A stretch of DNA of 64,000 bases from a bacterium (lineage in GTDB: Bacteria; SZUA-182; DTGQ01): positions 3,508 through 67,507 of the forward strand of contig JAILZY010000008.1 in NCBI GenBank assembly GCA_023512255.1, in the 5' to 3' direction. The notes under the pieces are model-generated. The model ran no database searches, had not been told where the DNA came from, and worked only from the letters and a program-made list of their open reading frames with translations. How positions within the stretch are numbered: position 1 is the first letter of the stretch; each line of letters starts with the position of its first letter. Positions 1 to 10,325 of the stretch are shown piece by piece. The position numbers were made by a program, and so were the translations under genes.

Positions 1-143
1 AAAGTCAAGGCGAATGAGACAGAAAAATTATACAAATTCATTGACATTGATATAGTAATAATATATCATTTTTCCTCAAACTGGGGAAATAAACTTTGTC
101 AGATGGTAAAGCAGGAGATAGGTACCAGCAGGAGAATGGGTAA

Positions 144-1028
144 ATGATTGTCAGCATGACTGGATATGGCTGCGGAACAGCGCAAGGGGATGGGGTAAGC
201 GTTGCTGTGGAGGGTCGATCTCTCAATCACAGATTCTTTGATATCAATATAAAGCTACCCCCTTCTCTTAGCAGCCTGGAAAAAAAGATCCGAGACATAG
301 TCTCATCTTCCTTTCATCGAGGAAAGATCGATCTGTATGTTTGCCTGAATAAACAGAGCGAGGGGGCACAGTTAAAGATAAACTATGAAAATGCCACCCG
401 CTATTATCAGGCGCTACTTGGATTGTGCAATCATCTTGAAATCAGAGAAGAGGTCAGCTTATCCTCAATGACTCCCTTTATTCGGGATATAATTGAGGTT
501 CAGGAAGCTGGCTTAAACGGGGAGCAGGATGTTTACTGGCCGCTTGTCGAGAAGGCCGTTCGGCAGGCGATCGCTTCGATTCAGCAGATGAGGGAAGCTG
601 AAGGGAAGCTCTTGTGCGCTGATATTCAGCAGCGGCTTAGCTATATAGAAGCTATTATCAATTCGATCGGAGAAAAGACTTCGCTATTAGTCGGGGAATA
701 TAAAAATCAGCTATCAGCTCGAATTGCTGAGCATTTTCCCCAGCTCCCTATAGATCCTGGGCGGCTAGAGCAGGAGATCGCGCTGATAGCTGAAAAGCTT
801 GATATCACCGAAGAGTTGACCAGGATCAAAAGCCATTTTAATCAGATGAAGGAGTTTTTGGTCTCTGATGGTCAGATAGGCCGGAAATTGGATTTTTTGC
901 TCCAGGAAATTTATCGGGAAGTTAACACCTTATCGTATAAATCCAATAATGCTGAAATTTCTCAAAAAGTAGTTGAAATCAAAGGTGAGCTTGAAAAAAT
1001 TCGAGAGCAGATCCAAAATATAGAATAA
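144..1028 (+). CDS. yicC: YicC-family stress-induced protein
   Basis: 294 aa. N-terminal MTGYG...[11 protein letters not shown] motif and overall layout are typical of the YicC family (YicC_N + DUF1732). It sits in the conserved position upstream of remA-gmk-rpoZ. Confidence 0.8.
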   Translation: MIVSMTGYGCGTAQGDGVSVAVEGRSLNHRFFDINIKLPPSLSSLEKKIRDIVSSSFHRGKIDLYVCLNKQSEGAQLKINYENATRYYQALLGLCNHLEIREEVSLSSMTPFIRDIIEVQEAGLNGEQDVYWPLVEKAVRQAIASIQQMREAEGKLLCADIQQRLSYIEAIINSIGEKTSLLVGEYKNQLSARIAEHFPQLPIDPGRLEQEIALIAEKLDITEELTRIKSHFNQMKEFLVSDGQIGRKLDFLLQEIYREVNTLSYKSNNAEISQKVVEIKGELEKIREQIQNIE

Positions 1029-1078
1029 TTTCATTTGGTTTAGGATGCTCTCGGCAACTTGAGGTATGGAGGAATTCG

Positions 1079-1339
1079 TTGAGTAGCAACAATCAGTTAA
1101 TTAATGTCGGTTTTGGAAACATTGTTTTTGCCTCACGGATCGTGGCTATAGCAATTCCCAATTCAGCACCGATGAAACGATTCAAGGAAGATGCCAGAGA
1201 GAGCGGAAAACTGATCGATGTTACCCATGGTCGGCGGACGCGATCTATTATTATCACTGATAGCGGCCATATTATTCTTTCAGCTGTACAGCCTGAGACT
1301 ATTTCGCAGAGGATCGGCCTAGAGGCATCAAGCTTATAG
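1079..1339 (+). CDS. remA: RemA/DUF370-family regulatory protein
   Basis: 86 aa. [10 protein letters not shown]...[38 protein letters not shown] aligns almost residue-for-residue with B. subtilis RemA as recalled. Conserved yicC-remA-gmk synteny. Confidence 0.85.
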   Translation: MSSNNQLINVGFGNIVFASRIVAIAIPNSAPMKRFKEDARESGKLIDVTHGRRTRSIIITDSGHIILSAVQPETISQRIGLEASSL

Positions 1340-1354
1340 CTGCCTATTCACCTT

Positions 1355-1978
1355 ATGGAATTGCATCTTAAAGACTATGAATCGTCTGTTTTTGTAATCT
1401 CAGCTCCCTCAGGCGTAGGAAAGACGACGCTGCGCAATATTCTGCTCTCTCGTCTCCAAAATCTTTACTATTCGATTTCCTGCACTACCCGTCCGCCCAG
1501 GTCTGGTGAGGTGAATGGCCGGGATTACTTTTTTGTATCACCTGAGGTTTTTCAGAAAAAAATCGAGGACCATACCCTGCTTGAGTGGGCCATGGTGCAC
1601 CGAAATTTGTACGGAACGCCAAAGGAGCCTATTATTGCTGCCCTGCAGGATAAAAAAGATGTCCTTTTGGATATTGACGTTCAAGGTGCACGGACCCTAC
1701 AGCAGAGGATTAAGGGAGTAATCACGATTTTTCTCCTCCCTCCCTCCTGGCAGGTACTTGAAGAAAGGTTACGGAGTAGAAAAACAGAAACGGATGAGGA
1801 GATAGAAAATCGACTCAGGACTGCCCGTGAAGAAATCAAGAGCTGCTGGGAGTATGATTACCTGATCGTAAATAATGATTTGGAAGAAGTGGTAGAGAAG
1901 GTGAAGGCTATCATGGTAGCGGAGCATTGCAGACCCGCAAAGATGAGGTCTTTTGTCCAGAAACTTTTATGCCCATAG
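1355..1978 (+). CDS. gmk: guanylate kinase
   Basis: 207 aa. P-loop SAPSGVGKTTL and the ISCTTRPPR..E.NG.DYFFVS guanylate-kinase signature. Confidence 0.9.
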   Translation: MELHLKDYESSVFVISAPSGVGKTTLRNILLSRLQNLYYSISCTTRPPRSGEVNGRDYFFVSPEVFQKKIEDHTLLEWAMVHRNLYGTPKEPIIAALQDKKDVLLDIDVQGARTLQQRIKGVITIFLLPPSWQVLEERLRSRKTETDEEIENRLRTAREEIKSCWEYDYLIVNNDLEEVVEKVKAIMVAEHCRPAKMRSFVQKLLCP

Positions 1979-2051
1979 ATTAACACTAATTAGACGAAAC
2001 AGGTAAAAAGCGATTTATTTTAAAAATATATATATACAGGGAGGCAAGAGA

Positions 2052-2405
2052 ATGACAGAATATCCTCAGCAAGGATCCAAATCCCAGATGAACTCAAGGT
2101 TTCAACTGGTAATTGCTGCGGCTAAGAGAAGCAAGCAGATTTTGGCTGAAGCCAAGACAAGAGGCTTGAGCCCAAATCAGGTGGCGTTGGTGAGGTCTAA
2201 ATTTACTAAACCTGTTACCTTGGCTTTGGAGGAACTTAAGGCAGGAAAGGTTCGTTATGTCTGGAATAAAGATGAACCTGCTGAAGCAAGAGGTGGGGGT
2301 GATGGGGTATCGCTGCCGCCTTATCAGGAAAAAACAAGTCCAGTGGATGAAGCTATGGAACCCTTGCGGTCTGAGAAAATGGAAATAACCGAAAGCAAAT
2401 GTTAA
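2052..2405 (+). CDS. rpoZ: DNA-directed RNA polymerase subunit omega, with a C-terminal extension
   Basis: N-terminal NSRFQLVIAAAKRSKQI matches the RpoZ core (NRFDLVLVAARRARQ in E. coli). Located between gmk and coaBC as in many bacteria. Confidence 0.75.
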   Translation: MTEYPQQGSKSQMNSRFQLVIAAAKRSKQILAEAKTRGLSPNQVALVRSKFTKPVTLALEELKAGKVRYVWNKDEPAEARGGGDGVSLPPYQEKTSPVDEAMEPLRSEKMEITESKC

Positions 2406-3610
2406 CTCAAAAAGAGATCGTTCTTGGGGTGGCCGGAAGTATTGCGGCCTATAAAGCGGCCGAGATCCTGAGAGGGCTTTGCCGTCTAGGGGCTCGAGTA
2501 ACTGTGGTCATGACCAGGAATGCTACCAAATTCGTTTCTCCCCTTACCTTTCAAACCCTTTCAGGCCAAAAGACCGTTTGTGGTCTCTTTGACCCGGTGG
2601 AAGAATTCAAGCCAGAGCATATTGCTTTGGCCCAGAAGGCTGATTTATTGCTGGTGGCTCCAGCTACAGCCAATGTGATCGGGAAATTCGCTGCCGGAAT
2701 TGCTGATGATTCCCTAACCTCACTTTTTCTATCAGTGCGCTCACCCATTATGCTTGCTCCGGCCATGAATCCGGCCATGTATGCTAACCCCTTCGTTCAG
2801 AGGAATCTTCGGATCCTGGCCGATGAGGGAGTGGTGATCATCGAACCAGAGGTAGGCGAAGTGGCCTGCGGAGAGAGTGGAAAGGGGAGGCTGGCTCCGA
2901 TTGAAGATATCATCAACCAAGTGGTAGAAATACTTAGCGGTAAGAGCCCCCTTCGTCAACGGAAAGTAGTAGTTACGGCTGGTCCTACCAGAGAGTATCT
3001 TGATCCCGTCAGATACCTCAGCAATGGCTCTTCGGGGAAGATGGGCTTCGCTCTGGCCAAGGCTGCCTTCAGACGGGGGGCCAAGGTTACTCTGATCAGC
3101 GGCCCGACATCTCTCCCCCGTCCCTCTGTCGGGATCGAGTATATTCCAGTAGTAACTGCCAGCGAGATGATGCAGGCCCTTGATGAGCATTTCTCCTCCT
3201 CTTCGGTCGTCATCATGGCGGCTGCGGTTTGCGACTTCAAACCCGTCTGCAGAGCCAGTCAGAAGATTAAAAAAAGTAGCTCATCACTCACCTCTATTGA
3301 ACTAGAAACTACCCCAGACATCTTAAAGCATTTAGGCCGGATGAAAAAAGATCAAATTCTGGTTGGATTTGCCGCTGAAACTGAAAATGTCGAGGCTAAT
3401 GCTTTGGCCAAATTACAGGAAAAGAATTTAGATCTTATCTGCAGCAATGATCTTACTCAAAAGGGGGCGGGTTTTGAAGGTGATACCAATATTGTAACCA
3501 TCATTGATGCACACCGAAAGCTCCTTCATCTTCCCTTGATGAGTAAAGAGAAAGTAGCGGAAAAAATTCTTGATAAGATAGAGCAGCTACTTATAGAAAG
3601 ATTTGGTTAA
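2399..3610 (+). CDS. coaBC: bifunctional phosphopantothenoylcysteine decarboxylase / phosphopantothenate-cysteine ligase
   Basis: 403 aa. N-terminal flavoprotein motif KEIVLGVAGSIAAYKA and a C-terminal DFP/CoaB domain. The start overlaps the rpoZ stop. Confidence 0.9.
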   Translation: MLTQKEIVLGVAGSIAAYKAAEILRGLCRLGARVTVVMTRNATKFVSPLTFQTLSGQKTVCGLFDPVEEFKPEHIALAQKADLLLVAPATANVIGKFAAGIADDSLTSLFLSVRSPIMLAPAMNPAMYANPFVQRNLRILADEGVVIIEPEVGEVACGESGKGRLAPIEDIINQVVEILSGKSPLRQRKVVVTAGPTREYLDPVRYLSNGSSGKMGFALAKAAFRRGAKVTLISGPTSLPRPSVGIEYIPVVTASEMMQALDEHFSSSSVVIMAAAVCDFKPVCRASQKIKKSSSSLTSIELETTPDILKHLGRMKKDQILVGFAAETENVEANALAKLQEKNLDLICSNDLTQKGAGFEGDTNIVTIIDAHRKLLHLPLMSKEKVAEKILDKIEQLLIERFG

Positions 3611-3708
3611 GCCGTTAAATCTAATCTTTTCTCCTCTTTGAAGTGGCCCTCCTGTTTTCGATCAAATAGAACTGAAGCAGATGACCGTGGTTAGATACCA
3701 TAATTAAA

Positions 3709-4599
3709 TTAAACCTGAGTTCTTCGCCCAGTGATATAATTTTCTAGCATCTTGTTAACCCGCTCAAGCTCATTTGATTTTTCTTTGGTTTCCTTCAAAA
3801 GCTCTTCGATTCTTTGCTCGGCCAATTTCCTCTCAGTAATATCTTTGAAAACAAGGCCAATACCTATCGTCTCACCACGATCATTTTTAATGTGGGAGAA
3901 GGAGGCTAGGACAAATTTCTTTTCCTGATTCTTAGTAAGAATTTCAAATTCAAGGTCCCGTTTGGAGGTGTTGCTCTTTATCATCTCCTGAAACTTCTCC
4001 CCACCGCAGGAGTGGAACAGATCGCCAAGGTCGATGTTAGATAGCTCATCCCGCGAATAGCCAGTGATTTTTGAGGAGGCGGGATTTGCAGACAGAATCC
4101 GAGCTTCTGGGTCTAGTATAATGATCCCATCGAGTGAGGTTTCAAATAAATTTCGGTACCGCTCTTCGGACTCACGAAGTTGGCTCTCAAGCTTAGCCTT
4201 CTCCTGTTCAAAAAGCAACCGCTGTAAATTTTCCTTGATTACATAAGGAATCCGCTCAACATAGTTATCTTTCTTGATCACGTAATCAAAGGCTCCCTCC
4301 TTCATGATCTGGACAGCAATATCCTCACTTCCATGAGCAGTGATGACAATAACCGGCAAATCAGGCCGTATTTTCTTGAGGGAGCGCAGGACGCTCAACC
4401 CATCCATTTCCGGCAGGGAATAGTCAAGAAGAACGATATCAAACTCATTTTCGTTCTTAATCAGATCCAGGCATTCCTCACCAGAGGAAACATGGGTAAA
4501 GAAGTACTGTAAATTGCTTTTATCTAAAACACGCTTGATCAGCTTAGCCTGAATTAAATCATCTTCTACCAATAATAACCGGGGATTTTGAATTTGCAT
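3709..4599 (-). CDS. response regulator (receiver + PAS domain)
   Basis: Receiver motifs LLLVEDD...DIVLLDYSLPEMDG...K followed by a PAS-like region. Last gene of a three-gene two-component operon. Confidence 0.75.
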   Translation of the reverse strand: MQIQNPRLLLVEDDLIQAKLIKRVLDKSNLQYFFTHVSSGEECLDLIKNENEFDIVLLDYSLPEMDGLSVLRSLKKIRPDLPVIVITAHGSEDIAVQIMKEGAFDYVIKKDNYVERIPYVIKENLQRLLFEQEKAKLESQLRESEERYRNLFETSLDGIIILDPEARILSANPASSKITGYSRDELSNIDLGDLFHSCGGEKFQEMIKSNTSKRDLEFEILTKNQEKKFVLASFSHIKNDRGETIGIGLVFKDITERKLAEQRIEELLKETKEKSNELERVNKMLENYITGRRTQV

Positions 4600-4613
4600 A
4601 GCTTACTCTCCCT

Positions 4614-5054
4614 TCATCGGTAAAGTATCTCGTTAACCATCAGCCAATAGTGCTCGATAGAGCGGATCTTCTGATTAAATTCCTCATAATCTAATGGCTT
4701 GATAACATAGCTATTGGCATGATACTCATAGCATTTTTCCAGGTCGGCCCGATTGCTGGATGTGGTCAGGATAACTACAGGGATATGCTGCAGCTGCGGC
4801 GATTGCTTAATTCGGCGCAAGATTTCAAGCCCATTGATTTTTGGCAGATTGATATCCATAAGGATCAGATGAGGATAGACAAACTCTTCGCTCATCAATT
4901 CGCTCCTCTGATCCATATTCTGATTGAAAAGGTAATTAAACACTTCTTCTCCATCTCTGGCCACGATTAACTGATTATTAAATCCACTCTTTTTTAAAGC
5001 TCTTTCCACCAATTTAATATGAATTGGATCATCCTCAACCAATAGAATATTCAT
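4614..5054 (-). CDS. single-domain response regulator (receiver only)
   Basis: 146 aa. ILLVEDDPIH...LILMDINLPKINGLEILRRIK. Confidence 0.75.
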   Translation of the reverse strand: MNILLVEDDPIHIKLVERALKKSGFNNQLIVARDGEEVFNYLFNQNMDQRSELMSEEFVYPHLILMDINLPKINGLEILRRIKQSPQLQHIPVVILTTSSNRADLEKCYEYHANSYVIKPLDYEEFNQKIRSIEHYWLMVNEILYR

Positions 5055-5106
5055 GTGATTGTAGAATCCTATCCTTCAGGGCAATAATCTTATGATTGAT
5101 CAGCGA

Positions 5107-6201
5107 TTATCCTAACTTTTTTATAGGAATAGAAAAATAGAATGTCGAGCCCTGCCCCTTTTCAGATTCAACCCAGACCCGACCTTTGTGGCCTTCAATA
5201 ATCCTCTTAACAATGGTTAATCCGACTCCAGTGCTATTGGGATCTTTAACCTCGTTAAGGGTCTGAAAAATATCGAAAATCTTTTGGTGATATTTTCGCT
5301 CGATGCCGATTCCATTGTCTTGAACGAAGAAGACATGATAGTCGTCTTTGATCGTATGGCCAATGGCAATCCGTGGATGCTCGTTATGCTCACCCATGAA
5401 TTTGATAGCATTATTTAACAGATTGACCAGAGCGAGCACAATCATTTCCTTATCACAGAAAATAATCGGCATATCCTCGTCAATAATGAGCTGAATTCCT
5501 TTTTCTTTCAAAGGTAATTTAAGCTTATCAATCGCTTCCTGGATGATTTTTTTAGCAGGCACATCCTCTCTGCGATTTTGGCCCCTGCCGATGCGGGAAA
5601 GATCTAGCAGATCGCGCACGAGCAAGCCCAGCCGATTGACACTGTTTTTGATGTCCAGGAGGAATTCTCTCCCCTGCTCATCCAACCGATCAGAGTAATC
5701 CTCCAGCAGAGCCCCAGCCAGGCCTTGAAGCGAGACAAGGGGAGATTTAAGATCATGTGAGACGGTATAAACAAAGTTTTCCAATTCGGTATTTTTGAGC
5801 TTCAGCTCCATGTTTCTGACTCGTAACTCCTCTTCAAGATTCATCCTTTTGGTTACATTGCGGACCAGGCTGATAATTGAGCTGGTTTTCTGCTCCGCTT
5901 CTTTTGTCTTCGGATGAGCAGGTACTGAGGTTATTTCGAGCCAGTTGCCGTATTTGTCTTTTTTAACTTGTTGAAATGAGGATTTCCCCTTTTTAAAAAT
6001 CTGCTCAATTGGACAATTTCCCTCCTCGCAGGGACAGTCGCGGTCGAAAAAGATCTCAAAACAATGCTTGCCTACCTGATCTCCATAGATATCAAGGAGC
6101 GGCTGGTTAAGAAATTCTATTTCCCATCTCTCATTGTGGGCGATAACCCCATCTCCAATACTCAACAGTACGTTGCTTAAGTCATAGTTTTCTAAGTTCA
6201 T
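5107..6201 (-). CDS. sensor histidine kinase (PAS + HisKA + HATPase_c)
   Basis: H-box SHDLKSPL; C-terminal N/G1/G2 ATPase motifs (NLLNNAIKF, DNGIGI, GTGLGL). Confidence 0.8.
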   Translation of the reverse strand: MNLENYDLSNVLLSIGDGVIAHNERWEIEFLNQPLLDIYGDQVGKHCFEIFFDRDCPCEEGNCPIEQIFKKGKSSFQQVKKDKYGNWLEITSVPAHPKTKEAEQKTSSIISLVRNVTKRMNLEEELRVRNMELKLKNTELENFVYTVSHDLKSPLVSLQGLAGALLEDYSDRLDEQGREFLLDIKNSVNRLGLLVRDLLDLSRIGRGQNRREDVPAKKIIQEAIDKLKLPLKEKGIQLIIDEDMPIIFCDKEMIVLALVNLLNNAIKFMGEHNEHPRIAIGHTIKDDYHVFFVQDNGIGIERKYHQKIFDIFQTLNEVKDPNSTGVGLTIVKRIIEGHKGRVWVESEKGQGSTFYFSIPIKKLG

Positions 6202-6302
6202 GGCGTTTCCCAGGAAAGCTGCTTTGAGGCTTTTTTTGTTGTTTTTTCATAGGCTGGGATTGACTTTCTCTTAATAAATTTTGTAAGTCTTGTACTTATC
6301 AG

Positions 6303-6452
6303 TCGCTTCGCCATACATTCTGGGGCGGCCTTGCGCTGGTTCCGATAAGAAGCCCGTAGATTAACACTTCGCCATACATTCCGAGGGCGGCCTGCCGACA
6401 AGATATTTAGCGTGAAAAATCTGGACGCTTCGGCCTACATTCTGGGGCGGCC
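6303..6452. repeat. three degenerate 27-28 nt direct repeats (CGCTTCGCCATACATTCTGGGGCGGCC) separated by unique ~32-35 nt spacers; CRISPR-like geometry
   Basis: Seen directly. Copies begin at 6304, 6366 and 6426. Copies 2 and 3 carry 2-3 substitutions or an indel relative to copy 1. No cas genes in the window. Confidence 0.5.
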
Positions 6453-6626
6453 AAACAGAAGCTATCTTTGAAAGAGCTATCTTATCATCACGCTCTACTT
6501 CTTATTAAATAATATTATGCAAAGAAAGGGTAAAGTCAAATAAATAATTATAAATTTATCTTGTTATTGGCTTGATAAGCTTTTGGTGGTCTTCTCTAGG
6601 CTTCTCCCCGAGAAGAGTTACTTTCT

Positions 6627-7643
6627 TTAGCCACCAAATCGCCGTGGCTGAGTATAGCGATCAATAAAGAGAGCAACAACGTTCATGTGGAGAATAGCCG
6701 TGCACATTCCCTCGACCCTAGTTCCATAATTTCTCACGAAAAAGGTGAAAATGCCGATCCCGATACCATAGATGATTTTACCCCGTTTAGTCACCGGACT
6801 GGTAACCCAATCCGTAGCCATAAAAAAAGCTCCCAGAATTAGCCCCCCGGCCAGGATTTGAAAAATAGGATCCTTACCAAAACCAATCGATAGAAGGGCG
6901 GTGGTGATCAGGATACTGCCCGGAATATAGAGGTCGATATGCTTCTTGTAAAGGAGGTAGGCGGCGCCGAGCAGCAGAGCCAGGGATGATCCGCCGATAA
7001 CGCCTCCGATATTGCCAATCAGCAAACTCTCATATCCTGACAGAGTGCTGAAGACCGGCGAGCCTGCCCGAGCGATAGCCAAGGGAGTCGCGGCTGTAAT
7101 TCCATCTATCCTTTTCCTCGCCAGCAGATCAGTAACAATTACTCCGTTTTCGAAAAATTTAGTGGTCAAAAGCTGGGTAAAGGAATGAGATTTCCACCAC
7201 AGAGGTTTAATATATTCTTCCAACAGCGGATGCCAGACGGTAAAGACAAACAGAAAGGTTCGGGCAAACAGAGCAGGATTGAAGATATTTTTCCCCAATC
7301 CTCCAAAGAGCTCCTTGGCCACAGCAATAGCCACTATCCCGCCAAGGGCGGCCAGCCACCAGGGAGTGGTAGGTGGCAGAGAAAGGGCCAGCAGCAGCCC
7401 GGTAACCACAGCACTCCCATCGTTTAGGCTAAAAGGCCGGTCAAGAACGGCTCTGACAAAGAACTCGGTCAAAACAGTTGATAAGATGCAGACAGCAGTT
7501 ACAAATAAGGCATTAAAGCCAAAAAAATAGATGGCGACGAGCAAAGTAGGAACAAGAGCGATGATGACGTCGCGCATGGCTTCAGAAATACCTTCAGAAG
7601 TTTTTATATGCGGAGGGGGGCTGACTATTAATGATTCCTTCAT
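6627..7643 (-). CDS. rnfD: RnfD/NqrB-family membrane subunit with covalent FMN site
   Basis: Polytopic membrane protein with the FMN-attachment motif TAATPL. The start was moved to the ATG at 7643, immediately after the rnfC stop; the track ORF extends further upstream, overlapping rnfC. Confidence 0.8.
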   Translation of the reverse strand: MKESLIVSPPPHIKTSEGISEAMRDVIIALVPTLLVAIYFFGFNALFVTAVCILSTVLTEFFVRAVLDRPFSLNDGSAVVTGLLLALSLPPTTPWWLAALGGIVAIAVAKELFGGLGKNIFNPALFARTFLFVFTVWHPLLEEYIKPLWWKSHSFTQLLTTKFFENGVIVTDLLARKRIDGITAATPLAIARAGSPVFSTLSGYESLLIGNIGGVIGGSSLALLLGAAYLLYKKHIDLYIPGSILITTALLSIGFGKDPIFQILAGGLILGAFFMATDWVTSPVTKRGKIIYGIGIGIFTFFVRNYGTRVEGMCTAILHMNVVALFIDRYTQPRRFGG

Positions 7644-7648
7644 GGAAT

Positions 7649-8992
7649 TTAACCTCTCACCATTGGTTTTTTCTTTTGAGCCATAATTTGGGCCTTGGCT
7701 TTTCTGATAAACTGAATCATCGGTCTGCGGGAAGGGCAGACAAAGGCGCACGATCCACACTCCATGCAATCTAAAACTCCGCATTCGTCCGCCTCGCGGT
7801 AGCGTTCATTTTCTGAATAATACCCAATCAGGTTCGGTAACAGGAACATGGGGCAGATATCGGCACATTTTCCGCATTTCAGGCATGGCCAATATTTATT
7901 AGGATCAGGAACCATGTGCCGGGGAAAGACCACGATTCCAGAAGTTCCCTTGACAATAGGGATATCGAGGTTGGCGATGGCAAAACCAGTCATTGGTCCG
8001 CCGACCACTACTTTCCCAGGGGGGCCATCTTTCCATCCGCCGCAGAAAGAGATCAGGTGGCTGATTGGAGTTCCCAGTTTGGCCAGTATGTTTTGAGGAT
8101 TCTGAAGACCTGGCCCAGTTACAGTCAGCACCCTCTCAATTAGCGGCTTGCCGAACCTGATGGCCTCATAAATAGCCAAAATGGTTCCTACGTTTTGAAC
8201 CACGGCTCCGACCTCGCTGGGAAGTTTGCGCAAAGGGACCTCCCGATTCAACACGGCCTTGATAAGTTGCTTCTCGCACCCTTGTGGGTACTTAGTTTCC
8301 AAAGCAACTACTTGGATATTCTGAAAGCCAGATGCTTCGATGCACTTTTGAACGGCCTCAATAGCATTTGACTTGTTGATTTCTATGCCGATATAGGCAG
8401 TCTGGGCTTCGATGGTCCGCAAGACCAGACTGACCCCCTTGAGAAAATCCTCCGTTCGCTCAAGAAGGATACGATGGTCACAGGTAAGGAAAGATTCACA
8501 CTCGCAGCCATTGATAACCAGGCTGTCAATTCGTTTATCCTTCGGAGGGGAGAGTTTGATAAAGGTAGGAAAGGCAGCCCCTCCCATGCCCACAATGCCG
8601 GCCTCTTTAACCAGGGATTTGATCTTCTCAATCGGCTCAGCCTCAGGATTGGGTATCTCCTGTAAGGGTATCGATTCCTGATTTTTATCAGGAATGATGG
8701 TAATGCTCATCATCTCAGCGCCGGTGAAGTGGGGATGCGGAGCGATAGATTCAACGATACCAGAAACACTTGCATGAATTGGGGCAGAAATGAAAGCCTC
8801 GGCTTCGGCGATCTTCTCCCCAGCCTTAACTTTTTGGCCGACCTTTACCAGAGGCTTGCAGGGTGCACCAATATGCTGACTTAAGGGAAGAATAATTCGC
8901 TCGGGCAAAGGGGCTCTGACAATGGCTTTGTTTTCTGTTTCATGTTTGTGATGCGGAGGATGAATACCTCCTTGAAAGGATGACAGTCGCAT
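7649..8992 (-). CDS. rnfC: RnfC-family subunit (NADH-binding, two 4Fe-4S ferredoxin motifs)
   Basis: N-terminal GGIHPP...PL.QHIGAP..P.VKVGQKV; SLBB/NuoF-like GMGGAAFPT; two CxxCxxCxxxCP clusters. Confidence 0.85.
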   Translation of the reverse strand: MRLSSFQGGIHPPHHKHETENKAIVRAPLPERIILPLSQHIGAPCKPLVKVGQKVKAGEKIAEAEAFISAPIHASVSGIVESIAPHPHFTGAEMMSITIIPDKNQESIPLQEIPNPEAEPIEKIKSLVKEAGIVGMGGAAFPTFIKLSPPKDKRIDSLVINGCECESFLTCDHRILLERTEDFLKGVSLVLRTIEAQTAYIGIEINKSNAIEAVQKCIEASGFQNIQVVALETKYPQGCEKQLIKAVLNREVPLRKLPSEVGAVVQNVGTILAIYEAIRFGKPLIERVLTVTGPGLQNPQNILAKLGTPISHLISFCGGWKDGPPGKVVVGGPMTGFAIANLDIPIVKGTSGIVVFPRHMVPDPNKYWPCLKCGKCADICPMFLLPNLIGYYSENERYREADECGVLDCMECGSCAFVCPSRRPMIQFIRKAKAQIMAQKKKPMVRG

Positions 8993-9067
8993 ATTTTTCC
9001 CTAATTGGTTTATTGGTTTATTAATAATAAAGAAAAGGAAAAGGTATTATTGTTTTGTCAGCTTCAC

Positions 9068-9814
9068 TTAAGCTGATTCTTCAACAACCTGAGGTTCGAC
9101 ATTGAAAAGAATCAGCTTAAATAATGGCCATCCCTCCATACAGGCAATATAGGCATGAATTGTCGTGAAGATAACATAGAACCACATGATAGCCGCATGG
9201 ACTCCAGTAAAAAATTGTTCGGCCAACTCAACGGACCCAAAATATGTGGCTACACCTGCCAAGAGAAATTTAGGCCATAGGATCAAAAACCCGGTTATGC
9301 CCTGAACGATCAGCATGATCCAGAAAAGGTTATATGACAGTTTTTGCAATGAGGCATATTTAGCGATATGAGGATAGTGATCCTCAAGGAAAAGATAATA
9401 TTTCAAAACTGCCGGCGTGTTGAGAATGTCCTTTTTCCCAAAGGCAAAATCCTGATAGGTTTTTCCCTTCCCATAGAAGGCATACCAGAATCTAACCAGA
9501 AAATTAACCAGTATAACTACCATCAAGCAATAGTGATGGATTTTCATCTGCATATGCTGCGGCTTTAGCCAGTCAAACCGCAAACATAGACCGGTAAAGG
9601 TGAGCCCCACGATGCATACAAGATGGATCCAGTGCATGAGCCTGATTGGCGCCTCGATATATTCAGTCTCTGTTATTGGTTTAAAATTCCCCTTAAGAAA
9701 ACGGTTTTGAAAGCGACCACTAAGGATATTGCCCAAGAAGTGAAGAAGAATGACAAGCAGTGAGAAAATATAGAGAGGAACTGCCACCCGATCAATGATA
9801 GGATATGCCACCAT
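9068..9814 (-). CDS. di-heme b-type cytochrome membrane subunit (Ni/Fe-hydrogenase / formate dehydrogenase gamma type)
   Basis: About 5 TM helices. Conserved His in TM segments (LLHFLGN, RLMHWIHLV..GLTFTGL, KIHHY, HAAIMW...HAYIA), as in HyaC/FdnI-type cytochrome b. Immediately upstream of rnfC in the same orientation. Confidence 0.5.
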   Translation of the reverse strand: MVAYPIIDRVAVPLYIFSLLVILLHFLGNILSGRFQNRFLKGNFKPITETEYIEAPIRLMHWIHLVCIVGLTFTGLCLRFDWLKPQHMQMKIHHYCLMVVILVNFLVRFWYAFYGKGKTYQDFAFGKKDILNTPAVLKYYLFLEDHYPHIAKYASLQKLSYNLFWIMLIVQGITGFLILWPKFLLAGVATYFGSVELAEQFFTGVHAAIMWFYVIFTTIHAYIACMEGWPLFKLILFNVEPQVVEESA

Positions 9815-10325
9815 GCCTCTTATACCTCCGAAAGTTTATCGTTTTTTTGATTTTAAATTTTTACCCATTATCACAAAAAAATAAGGGTAAGGCACAAAAT
9901 CCGTAAGGGTCGCTCGAGGCTATTAGATTTCTAAGGGGTGATAAACCGGAAGATGCCTTTTCATCTATAGCATAGAGATATTTTTGCTGTCAAGGGTAAA
10001 AAGTCAGTCTAAATGAGGGGAGGAGAATAAAATCTCAAAAAGGCACAATAAAATCTCTAAGAGAGCGAAAAGTGCGGGGAGTGGGGGGAAAATGGTAAGA
10101 GTCGCTTGAGGTTAATTGAAAAATAGTTTTGAAAAGTCGGCCATCCTCTGTCTGTCTCCATTTCTTTTTTCCGAAGCATACTTGCCAAGATCTCGATAAA
10201 ATCAGAGGAAATATTTACTGTATTTTAACTGCTTTTTAACTTTATTTTATCTCATTTTTTACGCTTTTGCCTTTACCATTTGTCGCTGCTTTCAACTTTA
10301 TTCACAAGATTAGGAGGCTACCCCG

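Noticed and set aside
1515-1721. 68-aa ORF inside gmk in another frame
   Set aside because: Fully nested within the well-supported guanylate kinase gene.
6303-6452. Calling the triple repeat a bona fide CRISPR array
   Set aside because: There are only three copies, each mutated, and no cas genes in 64 kb; it is recorded as a repeat with CRISPR-like geometry instead.
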